Positions 18,971-31,801 of a DNA stretch of 64,000 nucleotides are shown piece after piece. The notes below the pieces were generated by a model that ran no database searches, had not been told where the DNA came from, and saw only the letters and a list, made by a program, of their open reading frames with translations. The translations under genes and the position numbers were made by a program. The stretch's first letter is position 1, and each line of letters starts with the position of its first letter. Origin of the DNA: an uncultured Planctomycetota bacterium (GTDB taxonomy: Bacteria > Planctomycetota > Planctomycetia > Isosphaerales > Isosphaeraceae); assembly GCA_963823665.1 (NCBI GenBank), contig CAWGMQ010000004.1, forward strand, positions 2,272,001 through 2,336,000, in the 5' to 3' direction.

Positions 18971-19825
18971 TCAAGCTCCGGCATGTTGAGATGCCCGAGT
19001 ATTCTCGCTTCGTGCCTGCTTCCAGAGCTGATGAAGCTCGCACAGGTTGCGGACTTTCAGGTCGGCGCAGTCTGGTTTCGGATGGTTATTCTCTGGATCG
19101 AGCCACACTGTGCACATTCCTGCATCCCGTCCTCCCTTGATGTCTGAAGCCTGACTGTCACCGACCATGGCAGTCTGCCGGCTTGGATACCCAAGCCTTT
19201 CGATAGCAACACGGAAGAGAGTTGGTTGGGGTTTGCCGATCGCCACTGGCTCGACACCGCTTGCCACAGCAATAGCGGCAGCCAGGGCACCACAGCCTGG
19301 ATCAAACAGCCCAGGGCCCACAGGAAATCGATTGTCTAGATTGATCGCGAAGAATGATGCACCCGAGGCAACTGCTCGTGCCGCAGCTCGTAGCCTGCTG
19401 TAATCAAAGTCAAGGTCGACTCCAACAACAACCGCCTTGGCTTCCTGCCATTGTTCGAACTTGATCGGAGTGTGACCTGAACTCGCCAGTACCTGCGAAA
19501 GCTCTTCTGTACCAAGAACCAGCACTCGTACAGCCCCTAATTCACGCTTGACTTCGTCGCCTACAAGATCAAAAGGCGTGAGAACCTCAGCAGGATCAGC
19601 CGTGATGCCAAGCTCTCCAAGGCGATGACTGAGGCTATTAGATCCGGACCGCGAGCAATTTGACACGAACACGACGCCTGATCCCTCGGCGCGAAGATCA
19701 GTCACCAACTCTATTGCACCAGGGAGAATTGCCGGCCCTTCCCAGATCGTGCCGTCGAGGTCAAACGCAAAGCCACAAACATCTTGCAGCAACCGTAAGG
19801 TTGGACCCATCCCGATTTGATTCAT
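18971..19825 (-). CDS. HAD-IIA family hydrolase (NagD-like phosphatase)
   Basis: FDLDGTIW, FVSN, IGKPQP, MVGDSQASDIKGG. The ORF extends to 19906. Confidence 0.9.
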   Translation of the reverse strand: MNQIGMGPTLRLLQDVCGFAFDLDGTIWEGPAILPGAIELVTDLRAEGSGVVFVSNCSRSGSNSLSHRLGELGITADPAEVLTPFDLVGDEVKRELGAVRVLVLGTEELSQVLASSGHTPIKFEQWQEAKAVVVGVDLDFDYSRLRAAARAVASGASFFAINLDNRFPVGPGLFDPGCGALAAAIAVASGVEPVAIGKPQPTLFRVAIERLGYPSRQTAMVGDSQASDIKGGRDAGMCTVWLDPENNHPKPDCADLKVRNLCELHQLWKQARSENTRASQHAGA

Positions 19826-20103
19826 TCGCTCCATCCCCGTAATAAATCCTCCCATAACCGCCCAGAAGAGTTTACCATCTTGAGAATCACCGCATACACC
19901 GTCCAAGTCTCGTTGAGAGAATCAGATGGAAGGCACAGGGCACAGGCCATCGCGTGTCCCAGCATGGCAAAGGATAGGACGTACTTGCTAGAATCACAGT
20001 GCAGAGGTCGACTGAGACGTGCGGAGGTTGTTGTCACTCGAAAGAACGGGATTGGAGTCGCACTTCACTTCGCCCATCCAGAATTCCCGCAAAGGAGTCT
20101 GCT

Positions 20104-21078
20104 ATGAATCTGCTTGATCAGTTGCGCAAGATGACGGTGGTCGTCGCCGACACCGGTGATTTCGAGTCAATTGCTCAGTATCGACCGCGCGATGCAACAA
20201 CCAATCCGTCGCTTATCTACAAGGCGGCCCAGATGCCGCACTACAAGCCATTGCTCGAGGAGGCTGTTGCTCAGGTACAGTCGGGAGCCGGCGATCACGA
20301 GTCTTCCGTAGACGCGGTCGTCGACCGGCTGTTCATCGCCTTTGGCAAGGAGATACTACAGATCATCCCAGGTCGAGTTTCAACCGAGGTCGATGCGCGA
20401 CTGTCGTTCGACACTCAAGCAACCATGCAGAAAGCCCGTAGTCTGATATCGCTTTACGAAGCCGACGGAATTGATCGACAGCGGATCCTGATCAAGATTG
20501 CTTCAACTTGGGAAGGAATTCGAGCGGCCGCACAGCTCGAGAAAGAGGGAATCCACTGTAACTTGACACTGCTCTTTGGCTTCCCACAGGCTGTTGCCTG
20601 TGCAGAAGCTGGAATCACGCTGATCTCCCCGTTCGTGGGACGAATTCATGACTGGTACTGCAAGGAGCGCGGTGTGAAGGAAATTCCCGCAACTGAAGAC
20701 CCTGGCGTTCACTCCGTCATCAAAATCTTCAACTATTTCAAGAAGTTTGATTATCGCACCGAGGTCATGGGAGCAAGCTTCCGCAATCCGGGTGAGATCA
20801 CCGAGCTGGCTGGGTGCGACCTCTTGACAATTTCACCCGAGCTTCTGGGCGAGCTGCAAAAGATGGACGGAACCCTGAACCGCAAGCTTTCAGTCGAGAC
20901 GGCCCGCACTCAAAAGATCGAAAAGATCCAACTGGACGAAAAGACGTTTCGTTGGATGCTTAACGAAGATGCCATGGCCACGGAAAAACTGGCCGATGGC
21001 ATACGCCGGTTCTACGCCGATCTCGTCAAGCTCAAAGAGTACATCTCCAAATTCTTGCATCAACCGATAGGCGTTTGA
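20104..21078 (+). CDS. tal: Transaldolase
   Basis: [65 protein letters not shown] before the ATG at 20104. Confidence 0.97.
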   Translation: MNLLDQLRKMTVVVADTGDFESIAQYRPRDATTNPSLIYKAAQMPHYKPLLEEAVAQVQSGAGDHESSVDAVVDRLFIAFGKEILQIIPGRVSTEVDARLSFDTQATMQKARSLISLYEADGIDRQRILIKIASTWEGIRAAAQLEKEGIHCNLTLLFGFPQAVACAEAGITLISPFVGRIHDWYCKERGVKEIPATEDPGVHSVIKIFNYFKKFDYRTEVMGASFRNPGEITELAGCDLLTISPELLGELQKMDGTLNRKLSVETARTQKIEKIQLDEKTFRWMLNEDAMATEKLADGIRRFYADLVKLKEYISKFLHQPIGV

Positions 21079-21085
21079 GCCATAT

Positions 21086-21880
21086 CTAGCGATGTTCATC
21101 ACTCCCGCTGAGTGTGTTTTGAATGACACCGAAGCAATCACGCAGCGCCTTCTGATAGATCCAGATATCGGTCAGATAGACGAGCATGTGAAATCCGTCG
21201 GCTGGTCCGCGAGCAAGTAACTTCGGGTCGGAGGCTCCTAGCACCGCGATCTTGCCATGCCTTCGGCACGCCTCCACCACCTTCTGAGTTGCTTCCTGAA
21301 AAATACGATGATCCAGCCGACCCGGGATTCCGAGTGAAGTCGAGAGGTCGAACTGTCCAATCCAGAGCGCGTCGATTCCATGAACCGCCGCAATCTGGTG
21401 AGCATGTTCAGCTCCATCGGCATTCTCAATCTGAGCGATGAGCATAGTCTCTTCATTGGCCCTGCGCATCTTGGTGACCAGGTTCCCAGCGCGGTAGCCA
21501 TCATGAGCGACGCCAAATGCCACACCTCGGCGCCCTTCTGGTGGATACTTGGCACAAGCAACAATTTCTCGGGCTTGTTCCTCATTGGAGACGAACGGAA
21601 CCACAACCCCCATGGCACCTACGTCAAGGATACGCGATATGAAATGATATTGCAGAGTTGGCACGCGCACCATTGGCACCACATCGACCGCACTGGAGCT
21701 TGCCATCAGCATGCGAATAGTCTCCATGCTCCAACCGGTATGTTCCATGTCGAATACGACGAACTCGGAGCCCGCTTCGGCCGTGATGCGGCTAATACCC
21801 GTGGTGCTGAACTCGAGAATCATCGTTCCCACCGCGACTCCACCATGCTCCAGGACTCGCTTGACCTTGTTAACTCTCAT
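21086..21880 (-). CDS. HpcH/HpaI (GarL-like) class II pyruvate aldolase
   Basis: FDMEH, PMVRVP, LDVGAMGVVVP, KYPPEGRRG, QIE, DALWIGQFDLS. Confidence 0.9.
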   Translation of the reverse strand: MRVNKVKRVLEHGGVAVGTMILEFSTTGISRITAEAGSEFVVFDMEHTGWSMETIRMLMASSSAVDVVPMVRVPTLQYHFISRILDVGAMGVVVPFVSNEEQAREIVACAKYPPEGRRGVAFGVAHDGYRAGNLVTKMRRANEETMLIAQIENADGAEHAHQIAAVHGIDALWIGQFDLSTSLGIPGRLDHRIFQEATQKVVEACRRHGKIAVLGASDPKLLARGPADGFHMLVYLTDIWIYQKALRDCFGVIQNTLSGSDEHR

Positions 21881-22097
21881 CTGACCTCCCTCGCGGCCTG
21901 AATGATGGACTGATTCCGCTCGTAACTTGAATCAGGGCGATGCTGTTGGTAATCCGTGGTCTTGGAACTTCGCCGATCCAGCATACTAAACCGTGCCGGT
22001 AATCTCTTTCGAGTTGTTTGTTCTGAAAGACTGGTGCACTATTTACCGGTAGACAGCGGCTACGCTTCAGTTGTTTGACGGCGTACGGAAAGGCACC

Positions 22098-23180
22098 ATG
22101 ATCGACACCAGTTCGATTCGACTCACACAGTTCGCGAAACGCGCTGGTTGTGCCGCCAAACAGCCACCGGATTACTTGCTTTCCCTGTTGGCCGGACTAC
22201 CGCCCATCGTGGACCCGAATGTACTGGTCGGCCATTCAACCTCAGACGATGCAGCCGTATACCGGATCAATGATGATTTAGCGCTTATCCTCACGACGGA
22301 TTTCTTCACACCCGTTGTCGATCGGCCCTATGACTTCGGCGCGGTAGCGGCAGCCAATGCATTGAGCGATGTTTACGCAATGGGCGGCACGCCCATGACG
22401 GCTCTCTCGCTCGTCGGGTTCCCGAGTGGGACCCTACCACCGGAAGTCCTTGCCGAGATTCTGCGCGGAGCTGTAGATAAAGCAGCGGAAGCCGGTATCG
22501 CGATCATCGGCGGGCACACGATTCAGACTGACGAGCCGATTTTTGGCCTCGCAGTTGTGGGACAGGCTCGGCCTGAGTCCATCATTACCAACGCGGGTGC
22601 GCGCCCGGGTGACTTCTTGGTCCTGACCAAGCCACTCGGCTTGGGGATTATCACAACGGCGGCCAAACGGAACGAGGACGATCAAGATGCAATTTCCGAA
22701 GCCATCGCAGTGATGACCACGCTCAACCGAGACGCTTCCTTGATAATGGTGGAGGCCGGCGCTCATGCGCTTACAGATGTTACCGGCTTCGGACTGCTGG
22801 GACATCTACGGGGCATGGCAGCGGCCAGTGGAGTCTTGGCGCAAGTCTGGATCGACTTGGTACCGTGTTTGCCCGCTGCTGGAGTCTATGTTCAAAGAGG
22901 AATTGCTCCTGGCGGCAGCCATGCGAATCTCCGATTCCTCTCGAACTGGGTTGACTACGACGTGGACATAACAGACCACGAACGGCTCTTGCTTTGTGAC
23001 GCCCAAACCTCCGGTGGCTTGCTGGCCGCGCTGCCCGGTGATCGTGCCGCACAGGTCGTGCGAAAACTGCGAATTGCAGGAGCTGCCTCTACGGCCCTTA
23101 TCGGATCAATTGAAGCAGGGTCTCCTGGTCGAGTTCACGTACGTCGCGCGCCCCATTCAGGAGCCATTTCGAACGCATGA
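22098..23180 (+). CDS. selD: Selenide, water dikinase (selenophosphate synthetase), Cys form
   Basis: RLTQFAKRAGCAAK, DDAAVY, TTDFFTPVVD, AAANALSDVYAMGG, GGHT, TDVTGFGLLGH, DAQTSGGLL. Confidence 0.95.
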   Translation: MIDTSSIRLTQFAKRAGCAAKQPPDYLLSLLAGLPPIVDPNVLVGHSTSDDAAVYRINDDLALILTTDFFTPVVDRPYDFGAVAAANALSDVYAMGGTPMTALSLVGFPSGTLPPEVLAEILRGAVDKAAEAGIAIIGGHTIQTDEPIFGLAVVGQARPESIITNAGARPGDFLVLTKPLGLGIITTAAKRNEDDQDAISEAIAVMTTLNRDASLIMVEAGAHALTDVTGFGLLGHLRGMAAASGVLAQVWIDLVPCLPAAGVYVQRGIAPGGSHANLRFLSNWVDYDVDITDHERLLLCDAQTSGGLLAALPGDRAAQVVRKLRIAGAASTALIGSIEAGSPGRVHVRRAPHSGAISNA

Positions 23181-23255
23181 ACTCAGCGGTAGGTCGTCCT
23201 GACGCCCTACGGAGCTTTCGTCTTCAATGACAGGGAATTTCTTGTCACACGTGTT

Positions 23256-26200
23256 TCACGACAATAGAAATTCAATATCTTCGCGAGAAAGGTTCTCGAC
23301 AGCACCCCGGCCATCGCCATTCAGGATCGCATCAGCCAGGTCACGCTTTTTTCGCTGCAATTCCAGGATTTTTTCCTCGACTGTACCTCGACAGATCAAC
23401 CGGTAAGCAAAAACATGTTGGGTTTGTCCGATGCGGTGCGAGCGATCAATCGCTTGCGCCTCGACGGCAGGGTTCCACCACGGATCAAGCAGGTAAACAT
23501 ATTCAGCGGCAGTCAAATTGAGACCTAAACCGCCGGCTTTGAGACTGATCAAGAAAACGGGGCAGTTAGGATCGGTTTGGAAACGTGCAACACGAGCGGC
23601 ACGGTTGCGCGTTCGACCGTCGAGATACTCGTACGTGATCTTTTCTTGCTGAAGCCGCTCGCGAACAATGGCAAGGAAACTCGTGAACTGAGAGAACACG
23701 AGAACTTTGTGTCCTTCCTCAACCACTTCCGTTATCGATGGCAGTAGCATCTCGAGCTTCGCGCTCGAACCGCTCACTAGCTCAGGATTAATCAAGCCAG
23801 GGTGACAGGCGGCCTGACGCAATCGCAACAGAGCTTCAAGAACCTCGATCTTGGAGCGATTGAGTTCTACGGTATCTTTGCCCAGCAGGGCATCGCGGTA
23901 ATGTGCCCGCAGTTCGTCATAGCAGCGAGTCTGCTCGGCCTCCATGTTGCAGTAAAGCGTTTGCTCAGTCTTTTCGGGCAGATCCTCGACGACCTGCTGT
24001 TTAGTGCGCCGGAGAATGAACGGCCGGAGAACTCTGGCCAGCAAGGTGCGGTCTATCTCTTCCAGCGTCGCATTGGAGCCGACGTACTTCCTGAACACTG
24101 TGTCACTGCCTAGCATTCCTGGGTTCAGAAACTCGAAAATCGACCAGAGCTCTCCCAGGTGGTTTTCGATTGGCGTACCACTCACAGCGAGCTTGAAGTG
24201 GCTACGCAAGAGACGCGCGGCTTTGGCCGATTGGCTGTCGGCGTTTTTAATTGCCTGTGCCTCATCGAGAATTGCGTAATCGAACTGGAATTGGGTTAAC
24301 TCTGCAATATCGGTGCGAACGGTGCCATAGGTCGTGATGATCAAGTCGTACTCACCAAAAACTTCGCGGAGAGCATGGCGGTTAGGCCCAGTGTAGTCCA
24401 GTACGCGAAGTCGTGGGGTAAATCTCGTAGCCTCTTGAATCCAGTTAAAGACGAGCGAACGCGGTACGACTGCCAGCGATGGCCCTTTTGCTTGGCGGTG
24501 AGCTCGCCGTCTTTGGAGAAACGCCAGAACCTGGATCGTTTTGCCGAGGCCCATATCATCGGCTAGAATACCGCCAAATCCGAAACGCTGGAGATAATCC
24601 AGCCAGCCTAATCCCTCTCGTTGGTAGGGCCGCAGCTCGCCGTGGAAACCTGAAGGTGAATCAATTGGTACGATACCGCCGAACTGTCGCAGGTTTTGAC
24701 GTATCTTTTCAAAAGCAGCGTCGACCTGAATCTCCGGCTGTGCATCCAGAAGTGCCTCGAGCACACTCGCTTGAGCTGAAGTGAAGCGCAGGCCACCATC
24801 GCTCACCGTTGCGATATCAGCAAGCATGCCGTATTTCTTGAACCACTCTTCCGGAAGCATGCCCATCGAACCATCGCCAAGCTCGATCATCGAATCACCA
24901 CGCCGAGCAGCGGCCAGCAGTTCGGGAAGGGTTACTTTGTGGTCGCCGTACTGGATCCCGCCATCGAGTTCAAACCAGTCAATGCCCGTAGAAAGAGCCA
25001 GCTTGAACTCTCCCGCTGGACGGATTAATTTCCCTTCCGCCTCAACACGCCAACCGGCTGCAACCAGGTCTTTCGTGACCTGGGCCATCCTCTTTGCCGG
25101 CAATTCAAGCGTTCCCGGATCGAGATGAGGATCCTTCGCCTCACGAAAACCCAGCTCGAATAGTTTGATGTCCGCGGCACTCTCCGTCCGGGGGTCGCGC
25201 CGGATTACCAAGCCTAACTCGGTTGAAACAGCGAGAGGTGTTGTCCGGCCGGCTGGAATTACAGCACCGTCGTATTCGAAGTCCAACTCGCCGATCAGCT
25301 TGTCAGCGCTGAGCCCCCAGTTCTGCCGTGGAGTCCTTAGCGTCAGGCAAGGCCGAGGCTTGGCATTGATTTCCTCGAGTCGGAGCGACTCGACGAGTTC
25401 CACAGGCGGCACACGAGTCTCGGCCAAGATTCGCCCTAACATCAGATCCTGCTGGGGCTCAGCAAACGTGATCTCTTTTTCGTAGCGGAGGCGCAGGATC
25501 CACGGCATGATGCCAAGATCGTCAAAACGAGCGGTTCGGCCAATGCCCAGGACGAGTAAGCCAGAGAGAAGAATCAATGGCTCTGAGAGATCCATTCGAT
25601 TATCAGCTCGACGGAGTGAGCCTCGCCAAGTCCATCGCTTACCACCTAATTCGGGCCGAATTTCTAGCGAGAAGCGCCACGGTTGCCCATCGTCCCACCG
25701 AATTGTGGGCGGATCTTCCTCCCCCTCGGTACGGCGAAGTCGGAGCCGGTTGGTCTTCGCCAGCCTTTCCACCAGGGCAGCCTGATCTTTGCGGAGCACA
25801 AAGCGGCGCATACCTCGCACCACACGTTCACTCCCCGCACGCGATCCTCCGTTGTTGGAACCGAGCAGCCGAGGACCAGCACCAGCACCAGCACCATTGC
25901 TTGTCCCCATTCGGGGGGATAATCCTTGCATTACTCCTGGTCCGGGCTCTGAACTCAGCGGTGCTGCGTATCCACCTTGAGATGCGCCGCCATGGGCCTC
26001 GTCAAGGAGTGCTAGAAGTAGACGGTCTTCAGGGTCATACTTCACATGGGCAGCATGCGGTGCGTAATACCAAGGGCGCAAAGGCCCCCACTCGCCTGTC
26101 GTTTTACGTTGGCGACGAGCCAAATCGATGACCACTTGATTTTGCGCCAAGGTGGCGGACACGTCGAGAACGTAAACCAACAGCCGCTTGGCGTTGCGAT

Positions 26201-26837
26201 TGATCGCCCTCGGTTTCGCTGGGCCTGTATTGGGCCCCGCTGCCGCAGACTTGATCTTTGATCGGCTTCCCGGGCCAGGGTACTCTCGAGACGTACGGCT
26301 CCGCTGACTCCAACTCCCTTGTTCATCCGTCTGGCTACCGTGAACCTGGCGGTCCTTGCGTTTGCTTTTACTTCCTCGGATATTCGGACCAACTGGACGC
26401 GCTGGCACCAAACCCATCATTTCCAAACCCAAATCCAGCTCTCCCAGCTCTGTGGACTGTTGGTCCAATCTCGGCGAAGTTCGTGGATCTGGCAATCCTT
26501 CATGCATTGCTTGCCGGGGACTCTCCTCCGTTACCAAGTGCACCGGAAATACAGGAGGCGAGTGCAGTAGACCTCTCGCTTCTGCTAGAAGCAACGTTGC
26601 CCAGAGATGTTTACACGGCTCTCGCTGCGGGTTGAAATATGGGCACGTGCACGAAGCCAGCAACTTTGAACCCCGTAGCCGCACCCGAACTCGGTACTTT
26701 GAAGTTCCTCGCACTCTGGCGACAACCTCACCGGCTCTCGCGGTCATCAAGGTCACGCGACCCTTGACAAAGTACGATTGGCCACGCGAACGCACTGCGT
26801 CGCTAAAGTTTCGCGCGACTTTCTGGGCGATCCCCAT
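23256..26837 (-). CDS. SWIM zinc finger + SNF2-family ATPase/helicase
   Basis: CTCP..CKH SWIM finger; LRPYQ, LADDMGLGKT, DEAQ, SGTPIEN, FSQF, KAGGLGLNL, QAIDRSHRIGQ. Confidence 0.93.
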   Translation of the reverse strand: MGIAQKVARNFSDAVRSRGQSYFVKGRVTLMTARAGEVVARVRGTSKYRVRVRLRGSKLLASCTCPYFNPQREPCKHLWATLLLAEARGLLHSPPVFPVHLVTEESPRQAMHEGLPDPRTSPRLDQQSTELGELDLGLEMMGLVPARPVGPNIRGSKSKRKDRQVHGSQTDEQGSWSQRSRTSREYPGPGSRSKIKSAAAGPNTGPAKPRAINRNAKRLLVYVLDVSATLAQNQVVIDLARRQRKTTGEWGPLRPWYYAPHAAHVKYDPEDRLLLALLDEAHGGASQGGYAAPLSSEPGPGVMQGLSPRMGTSNGAGAGAGPRLLGSNNGGSRAGSERVVRGMRRFVLRKDQAALVERLAKTNRLRLRRTEGEEDPPTIRWDDGQPWRFSLEIRPELGGKRWTWRGSLRRADNRMDLSEPLILLSGLLVLGIGRTARFDDLGIMPWILRLRYEKEITFAEPQQDLMLGRILAETRVPPVELVESLRLEEINAKPRPCLTLRTPRQNWGLSADKLIGELDFEYDGAVIPAGRTTPLAVSTELGLVIRRDPRTESAADIKLFELGFREAKDPHLDPGTLELPAKRMAQVTKDLVAAGWRVEAEGKLIRPAGEFKLALSTGIDWFELDGGIQYGDHKVTLPELLAAARRGDSMIELGDGSMGMLPEEWFKKYGMLADIATVSDGGLRFTSAQASVLEALLDAQPEIQVDAAFEKIRQNLRQFGGIVPIDSPSGFHGELRPYQREGLGWLDYLQRFGFGGILADDMGLGKTIQVLAFLQRRRAHRQAKGPSLAVVPRSLVFNWIQEATRFTPRLRVLDYTGPNRHALREVFGEYDLIITTYGTVRTDIAELTQFQFDYAILDEAQAIKNADSQSAKAARLLRSHFKLAVSGTPIENHLGELWSIFEFLNPGMLGSDTVFRKYVGSNATLEEIDRTLLARVLRPFILRRTKQQVVEDLPEKTEQTLYCNMEAEQTRCYDELRAHYRDALLGKDTVELNRSKIEVLEALLRLRQAACHPGLINPELVSGSSAKLEMLLPSITEVVEEGHKVLVFSQFTSFLAIVRERLQQEKITYEYLDGRTRNRAARVARFQTDPNCPVFLISLKAGGLGLNLTAAEYVYLLDPWWNPAVEAQAIDRSHRIGQTQHVFAYRLICRGTVEEKILELQRKKRDLADAILNGDGRGAVENLSREDIEFLLS

Positions 26838-26932
26838 TATCTGTTCCCGCTTGGGATGGATTCTGCAATTACTTTAGTCAGTAACGACACGCAAGCTAAA
26901 TACTGCAAACTCAACGCGAGCATGAGATTCGC

Positions 26933-29704
<2,772 letters not shown>

Positions 29705-30043
29705 TCAACTGCGTTCCACTTCACGTTCAAATGCGACCGGTCCAACCCGGAACCGAATGTCATGAATCGTTGTTCCCAGGGCACAGGATCTTAACGATTC
29801 AACCAGCTTCGCCTTCTGAAACGCCGCCAGCTCTCCCAGAAGAGCCGAATGCGCAACTGTCACGTTAAGTACCCCATGACGCACTTCGCCTATCCGTGTC
29901 TGGTAACAATATGGTTCGCCAACCGCAACCCTCCAGGCGTTTTCCAGCACCCGCTGGGCATGCGTCTGACTGTAGCCGCGCACGACAATTAACTCGCCCA
30001 GAATGTCCGACAGGGACCGGGCACCTTGGCTCACGCTAAACAT
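29705..30043 (-). CDS. dciA: DUF721 / DciA replicative helicase loader-like protein
   Basis: AWRVAVG..HGVLNVTVAHSALLGEL..K..L..IRFRVG pattern; position between dnaN and gyrB. Confidence 0.8.
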   Translation of the reverse strand: MFSVSQGARSLSDILGELIVVRGYSQTHAQRVLENAWRVAVGEPYCYQTRIGEVRHGVLNVTVAHSALLGELAAFQKAKLVESLRSCALGTTIHDIRFRVGPVAFEREVERS

Positions 30044-30219
30044 ACCTCCTCAGTTGAGTTAGATTTAATACTTAATAAGGCATATGAACATATATCATAC
30101 GCATGACCATGTCCCTTGCTTGCCTTTCTCCATAACGCGACTCCAAAACCAATCCGTCTCGCTTGGTTTCGAGAGTGCCTCCATTGCTTCGGGAACAAGC
30201 GTATGACCGCAAACTCCTT

Positions 30220-31341
30220 TTAGCCAGGCTCACGAGTCAAAGGCATGACAACATATGTATATCTATCATTTGTCTTGAAAACCGCGGCGTTTTTTGAGTC
30301 GATCAACTCGGCTGTTATGGAAGTAGTGTCGTCCAGCGTCTTCAGGGCATCGACAAGATAACGAGGATCGAAAGTGATCTCTACTGTTTTACCCTCATAG
30401 TTGATGGGTAGCTCCACATGCGAACTGCCAACATCGGCGGATCGACTTGTGAGTCGCAGCATACCTGAACTGAACTGGAAATCGACACCTCGACTGTCGT
30501 CGCTGGTCACAATTGACGCCTGCTCAACAGCCATCCGTAATGGCCCAACTTCAAGAGTAATCTTCGTGTCGCTATTAGCTGGGAAAACATCCTGATAGCG
30601 CGGAAACCTCCCTTCGACCAATTGGCTGTAGATTACCGCTCTCTCGGACCGGATCATCACGGCTGTCCCTGTCTGAAGGCTCAGATGGACAGGTAGGTCT
30701 TCATTAACCAAGTTACGTTCAATTAATTTGAGGGCCTTCACCGGTATCACAGGTGATCCAACAGGTGGGGACGGACTGTTTTCAGCCGTAGCAGGAGCAG
30801 ACATCCGCGCTAAGCGGCGCCCATCCGTACCTACCATTGCGATTGAATCATCGGTGATTTCAACGAGCACTCCTCCAAGCGCGTAGCGAGTACTCTCGAC
30901 GTCAGTAGCAAACATCGTTCGCCGAATAAGTTTCTTCAGGTCTGCAGCGTCAATGACATGGTAACTCTGAGCAGCAAAATCAGGAACATCAGGAAACAGG
31001 CTCGCATCTTCCGCCGGTAGAGTAAACTCCGAATGTAAGCCTTGTACAACGAGACGCTCTCCGTCAGTTTCGATGCTGATTTCCGGATCAGTGCCGGTTC
31101 GCAAAATCGAGTTCATTTGCGCCGTTGGTAGAATCACAGTGCCTGCCTTATCAACCTTCATTCCAGGTAGCTGATACCGAATTCCTACCTCCAGATCAGT
31201 ACCGATAAGCACTGACCTATTGTCAATATTCGCTATTAGCTTGATGTTTTGGAGGATTGGTTTAGGGCTTCGGGCTGAGATAACCCCACTTACCATCCCA
31301 AACGCCGTGAGCAATGTCTCACGGTCGCAGCAAATCCTCAT
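30220..31341 (-). CDS. dnaN: DNA polymerase III beta sliding clamp
   Basis: PILQNI, GTDLEV, TRYALGGV, GTDGRRLA, LVEGRFPRY, YVVMP; 373 aa. Confidence 0.97.
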   Translation of the reverse strand: MRICCDRETLLTAFGMVSGVISARSPKPILQNIKLIANIDNRSVLIGTDLEVGIRYQLPGMKVDKAGTVILPTAQMNSILRTGTDPEISIETDGERLVVQGLHSEFTLPAEDASLFPDVPDFAAQSYHVIDAADLKKLIRRTMFATDVESTRYALGGVLVEITDDSIAMVGTDGRRLARMSAPATAENSPSPPVGSPVIPVKALKLIERNLVNEDLPVHLSLQTGTAVMIRSERAVIYSQLVEGRFPRYQDVFPANSDTKITLEVGPLRMAVEQASIVTSDDSRGVDFQFSSGMLRLTSRSADVGSSHVELPINYEGKTVEITFDPRYLVDALKTLDDTTSITAELIDSKNAAVFKTNDRYTYVVMPLTREPG

Positions 31342-31801
31342 TCGAGATTTCCTGCTTGAATCACCTGGTTGATATGTTTCAAAAATATGAACCCGCTACG
31401 AACCAAGGTATCGTTCTTGGTCGGCCACGCGCTGGTTAGAACAAGGCGGTTTAATACCGATCGATCCAGGAATTAGATCCTACTGCATCGTCAATTTAGC
31501 AGAATAGAGATCTAACTGTATATTAGAAGTAAGTCGGAGATGCCAACGCCTCGCAGATGGCAACACCCATCTTGAAAAGCTCTCCACGACTACACCCGCC
31601 TCGAACAACTGAATGATACCAAAGACCTTATCATCGCACAACATTGGTTAACTAGGGATGAGAAAAGTCGTGCATATACCGGGTATCAACCTCGGAATTA
31701 CCTGGTCATTCAGATAAGCTGCCCTTATTCGTTTTTGCAACACTTCTTCGAAACGGGCATTGTTTACACACCTTGTCAACCAGATACCAACACTTTGTAC
31801 A
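31342..31801. promoter_or_regulatory. AT-rich divergent promoter region; candidate replication origin
   Basis: 460-bp non-coding gap upstream of dnaN with repeated NTRTCAACC, one-mismatch DnaA box GTTTACACA (31762-31770) and a short DnaA-trio-like run (31521-31532). No perfect DnaA box. Confidence 0.3.

Noticed and set aside
18929..19140. C-terminal extension of GatB overlapping the HAD gene
   Set aside because: Explained by one extra base near 18904; correction gives a normal stop at 18926-18928.
22140..22165. Selenocysteine (UGA) at the SelD active site
   Set aside because: The codon is TGT (Cys) and the frame is open, so no recoding or SECIS is needed.
25875..25896. ACCAGC hexamer repeat as a phase-variation or contingency locus
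   Set aside because: Under four copies, in frame, encoding a Gly-Ala linker.
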